Below, piece by piece: positions 60,627-64,000 of a stretch of DNA of 64,000 bases (its first letter is position 1; each line of letters begins with the position of its first letter). The notes beneath the pieces were generated by a model. The model made no database searches and was not told where the DNA came from. It saw only the letters and a list, made by a program, of their open reading frames with translations. The DNA is from Nitrospinales bacterium. GTDB taxonomy: Bacteria; Nitrospinota; Nitrospinia; Nitrospinales; VA-1. The stretch spans positions 2,464,001 through 2,528,000 of the forward strand of contig OZ253496.1 of the NCBI GenBank assembly GCA_965262115.1. The letters run 5' to 3'. Both the position numbers and the translations under genes were made by a program.

Positions 60627-61700
60627 CTACGGCAACTGAAAGCTCACCATAATACCGCCCATCACATCATCCAGCACGAAATCTTTTTTCGGACTACCGG
60701 GGTGGCCGTTGTGACAGTTAACACAACTGCGCGTCACAGCGATATCCGGATAAATAGCCTGGAAATATTTTTTCCGACCCACCTTGGAATGCTTGATATA
60801 AGGGCGAATGGGGTGCACCTCTACACTTTCCAGTCCGTTCTGCTCAAACTCGTTGGCAGGCCGGTTTTGCGGATTGATGGGGTAAAGGCTGATCAAACGA
60901 AAGTCCAGTCCCAGTCGTTTGGACTTAATCGCTGCGGCGCTGTTCAATAAGAACTGCGCCGGAAGCATGAGAGCGTTTTCATTTTTCCACTTTTCCTTGG
61001 AATGCAGAATGCCTTGCTCCTCCAACCGGTTGACAACATGCCGGGCATATACTGTGCGGTCTGATTCCAGCACCGAGTGCACATAGTCCGCCACCACTTC
61101 CGGAGCCAGCTGGAACTTTTCATCGACATTTCTTTCTGTCCGCCTGCCCAAAGGCAGGTCAATGATGATTCCCCCCATCACGTCGCCTTTTTTAAAATCT
61201 GTTTTGGGGCTGTTGGGGTGATTGTTGTGGCAGGTGACGCAGGTTTCCGAAACAGCGATGTCCGGGTAGATGGCCTCAAAATACCAACGCCCTTCACGCG
61301 GAACGATCCAGGTGAAAGGCTGGTCCGGATTCTTCACGACTTCTTCCAGTCCGAGTTTTTCGTTTTGCGATCGCGGTGCGTTATGGTTATTGAGGGGCCA
61401 GAGGCTCATCAGCCGGTACTTCATGCCGATCCCGTGCGAGTTAGAAATTTTGGAAGACATCGAAAGAAACTGGGCCGGCAAAAGCAATGTCTTTTCCCGT
61501 TCCCAGTTTTCAGAAGCGTTGAGAGAGTTCTGCCGGGATAAATGTCCAACCACCTGCTTGGAGTAAGTGGTCCGTCCGGCTTCCACCACCGCGTGGATGA
61601 AGTCGGCCGCCAGTCCGGCGAGGATTCTCTGCTCCTGACTTTGAGCCGGGGAGGGGATAAACAGGAAGAACAGAGCGATACAGAACGCGAAAGATTTCAT
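60627..61700 (-). CDS. Secreted protein with two DUF3365/Tll0287-like heme domains
   Basis: Internal duplication (LPAQF..CxxCH..GDVMGG); CVTCH, CVNCH. Confidence 0.8.
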   Translation of the reverse strand: MKSFAFCIALFFLFIPSPAQSQEQRILAGLAADFIHAVVEAGRTTYSKQVVGHLSRQNSLNASENWEREKTLLLPAQFLSMSSKISNSHGIGMKYRLMSLWPLNNHNAPRSQNEKLGLEEVVKNPDQPFTWIVPREGRWYFEAIYPDIAVSETCVTCHNNHPNSPKTDFKKGDVMGGIIIDLPLGRRTERNVDEKFQLAPEVVADYVHSVLESDRTVYARHVVNRLEEQGILHSKEKWKNENALMLPAQFLLNSAAAIKSKRLGLDFRLISLYPINPQNRPANEFEQNGLESVEVHPIRPYIKHSKVGRKKYFQAIYPDIAVTRSCVNCHNGHPGSPKKDFVLDDVMGGIMVSFQLP

Positions 61701-61793
61701 GGGCCTACCTCCCTAAAAGGTGCGCTTACCGTAAATATAGGTTCCAAAAGGTTAAAACTCAATACCGTCCAGATGGGGAGAGAATAGGGTTTT

Positions 61794-61871
61794 CTATTTC
61801 CACATGGCATAGAGTGTGAGTGCCGCCATCATGGCGCCCATAATTATTCGAATCCAGATGTCTGTGTTCAT
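61794..61871 (-). CDS. Possible 25-aa TM peptide
   Basis: MNTDIWIRIIMGAMMAALTLYAMWK*. Confidence 0.35.
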   Translation of the reverse strand: MNTDIWIRIIMGAMMAALTLYAMWK

Positions 61872-62192
61872 TAGTCACGCCCCTTGGCAGGAGAGCTTTG
61901 CATAACCTGAGATTACCCTTTCAGGGCACGAAAGTTTTGGTGAAATATCACGTCTTCATCGCGTACGCTCTTCAGAATGACAAAATAGCTCTTTATTGTC
62001 ATGCCGAGCTAGTGATATTTGACCTTTGAATTCTTGCCCTGTAGGGGTATCTCGAAGCATCTCGCTTTTTTGATTTTTCGACTTACGCAAAGGTCTCCTT
62101 AGGCAGGGGAGACAGATAGTAAGGTTTTGACGCCGAGACAACTTTTTTCCAGTCCATGAACGCTATTTACCTCTGCGGGGTACGCCTAGTGG
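61869..62192. repeat. Family-A copy interrupted by MITE C
   Basis: CACGCCCCTTGGCAG | C | ..GCCGAGACAAC..GCTATT..CGCCTAGTGG. Confidence 0.75.
61891..62097 (-). mobile_element. MITE family C, second copy (207 bp), with two B elements
   Basis: Ends GAGAGCTTTGCATAA / TTACGCAAAGGTCTC; imperfect flanking 9-mers CCTTGGCAG / CTTAGGCAG; B at 61914-61952 and 62011-62049. Confidence 0.85.
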
Positions 62193-63601
62193 GCCGGTTT
62201 GCCTTTCCAGCGCTGGACGTCTCGCATGAATTTTCTACGGTCCATGTCGGCGTCCCAGGGAAAAATATCCATCAAAGGTTCCAGGGCATAATTCGACTTG
62301 TCTTCTGGGGGGAGCTCGAATCCGCCATCGGTGATGCGGTAGATATTATTAAATGTCCGGTAATTGCCACACAGGGTGACATAATCCCAAGCCGTGGTCC
62401 CTTCTATCAGGGCGCAGAGTTCCGATGAAGAGATACCTTCGTAGAGATTAATTTTTCCGATGTCGCCTTTTTGAAGCTGAGGTTTTCCGGGTTGACCAAA
62501 GTCTACGGTCCATGTCTGGGGGCCGTCTTGCCCGAACACTTCCAGTTGATAAACGATCTGCCAATGTTGCCAGCCTTCCAGCAACTCGCTGTTTAAAATT
62601 CGCTCAAGCAAACAGTCTTCAATGAAGTCACCCACCACTTTCATTTCCCTTACATACTCTTCAGGATCGGTGGTTTGAGTGGTGATCACCGGAACGTAGG
62701 CGTGTGGTTTGAATGTGATCAGGTGGCTGTCATCTTCCCGGACACGCACGAATTCGGAGGCCTGTTTTTTAATGTGGACTTCATCAGCCGAGATATGCGC
62801 TACATCTCCGGAAAAAAACGGTGCACTGGGAACTTCCGGGCAGAATGCTTTCAGATCGCGTAGAAACTGATCCTGCGTTATAGGAAACGAAACCTGGTTC
62901 ATGAACAATAACTCGTCCCGGTACCGGAACGCCGCAGAACCGGGCACAACAAATCTGGGATTCAGGGCTTTTACCACATTCAGGAAAGTGCAGTACTCGT
63001 CAACGGGCAGGGTGAGCGGTTTATTGTAGGAGAGGTTTCCTTCAATCAACGGAACAAAGCGGGAATGAAAAAAATCTATCTGACCGTATAATTCACCGAT
63101 CCGTTGGATGATGTCAGGGTTCACCAGAGAATCCACCTGATTCCAGATCGTCACTTCTCCGTCATTGACCAGCAGTCCATGTTCAGGAAAAGGATCTTCA
63201 GCGGTGCTCAACTGGTTGCGTGAAGGGGTCGGGGTGATGGTAACATCCTTGACTTGAATGGGTTCGAAATCTGCAACCACTTTTACATTTTTAAATTCCA
63301 GTTCATTAAGAATGTCGAGCAGAAGATCGTCCTGAGGCGCGAAGATGAGTGTGTCGGGCGTGATGATCCTCTTATTTTGTACCAGATAAGCCAGGGTGTG
63401 CACATCGAAATGGTCCTGATGCCGGTGTGAAATATTGAGGACATCCAGCGGTGGTACTTTGTCCTTTTCCAGAACGATGCTGGGACACAGCGTGTTGATT
63501 TCTTCCCAAAGATAATCGAACCAGACGGGATCGGTCAGGATCGTGGTTTCTTTAGATTGGATAAGCAGGCAGGCATGTCCGACCAGAGTCGTCTTGATCA
63601 T
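62186..63601 (-). CDS. MBL-fold metallo-hydrolase
   Basis: GHAC, LTDPVW, ISHRHQDHF. Confidence 0.8.
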   Translation of the reverse strand: MIKTTLVGHACLLIQSKETTILTDPVWFDYLWEEINTLCPSIVLEKDKVPPLDVLNISHRHQDHFDVHTLAYLVQNKRIITPDTLIFAPQDDLLLDILNELEFKNVKVVADFEPIQVKDVTITPTPSRNQLSTAEDPFPEHGLLVNDGEVTIWNQVDSLVNPDIIQRIGELYGQIDFFHSRFVPLIEGNLSYNKPLTLPVDEYCTFLNVVKALNPRFVVPGSAAFRYRDELLFMNQVSFPITQDQFLRDLKAFCPEVPSAPFFSGDVAHISADEVHIKKQASEFVRVREDDSHLITFKPHAYVPVITTQTTDPEEYVREMKVVGDFIEDCLLERILNSELLEGWQHWQIVYQLEVFGQDGPQTWTVDFGQPGKPQLQKGDIGKINLYEGISSSELCALIEGTTAWDYVTLCGNYRTFNNIYRITDGGFELPPEDKSNYALEPLMDIFPWDADMDRRKFMRDVQRWKGKPAH

Positions 63602-63664
63602 GTTTCAATTCTCTGTTTTATAAGGAGAAATGAGATTAACCGATCAGGACAGGTAATTCAAGTC

Positions 63665-63771
63665 CCACTCGGCGTGGGGCCAGCGTGCAATAACTTTTGT
63701 TTTCTGGCAAACAGTGTTGGCGGCAAAACAAAGACATTGCTAGTTACCAGCGGAGGTACTCCGCCTAGTGG
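63665..63771 (-). repeat. Degenerate family-A copy
   Basis: CCACTCGGCGTGGGGCCAGCGTGCAATAAC...CTAGTGG. Confidence 0.65.
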
Positions 63772-63784
63772 CTGAGGAATTTTT

Positions 63785-64000
63785 TCAGGGTTTTATCGCA
63801 AATTTTTTTACCTTCGATTTCGAGATGTCGAGCACCTGGGAAATTTCCGCCGAGGTCAGTTCTTCATGGCAGTGCAAGGCCACCACCAGTCTTTCCTGTT
63901 CATTGAGCATGTCAATGGCCTCGGCAATTTCCGCCTTCCAGCTTGCCCGGTCTTCGGGCGATAGGGGCATTTCTTTGGCCTTTGTCAAAATCGCGGTCTC
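63785..64000 (-). CDS. FliA/sigma-28-like region 4, degenerate, truncated by the window edge
   Basis: IAEAIDMLNEQERLVVALHCHEELTSAEISQVLDISKSKV. Confidence 0.6.
   Translation of the reverse strand, partial: ETAILTKAKEMPLSPEDRASWKAEIAEAIDMLNEQERLVVALHCHEELTSAEISQVLDISKSKVKKFAIKP

Noticed and set aside
1..64000. tRNA/rRNA genes
   Set aside because: No cloverleaf with T-loop GTTCGA and acceptor stem, and no rRNA signature, was found by eye.

Overview
Bacterial chromosomal window. The gene content (short RNI/Gala-like LRR proteins, DUF3365 and multiheme cytochromes, many TPR proteins) suggests a Nitrospinota/deltaproteobacteria-like genome; this is inference only. Core genes include moaA, a nifU-like gene with sufBCDSU and amrS, M18/M1/M28/S41 peptidases, recG, relA/spoT, rpmB, mrp, a tRNA nucleotidyltransferase and DsbA-like proteins. 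Accessory content: (i) an AT-rich ~9.4 kb defence island (PLD-SNF2 helicase, VapBC, Eco57I-like methyltransferase, DUF3644, P-loop ATPase pair) in which the 3' tail of the methyltransferase gene occurs three times, each tail translationally coupled to a different cargo gene; (ii) hicAB; (iii) an IS3/IS110 remnant cluster with a 145-bp near-perfect foldback. The most striking signal is a nested set of intergenic repeats. About 12 copies of a 38-41 nt element (B: TACCC-hairpin...ATCAC-N) sit, with no target duplication, inside other repeats: a ~100-nt family A, a TIR/9-bp-TSD MITE C, REP-like palindromes D, and B itself. Removing B restores the host repeat in the cases that can be compared. Three small membrane-protein genes and a flgM remnant are missing from the supplied ORF track. 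Motility-regulatory genes (flgM, fliA-like, two receiver domains) look decayed. No rRNA, tRNA or CRISPR array was seen. All family assignments come from motif recognition by eye, not database searches.
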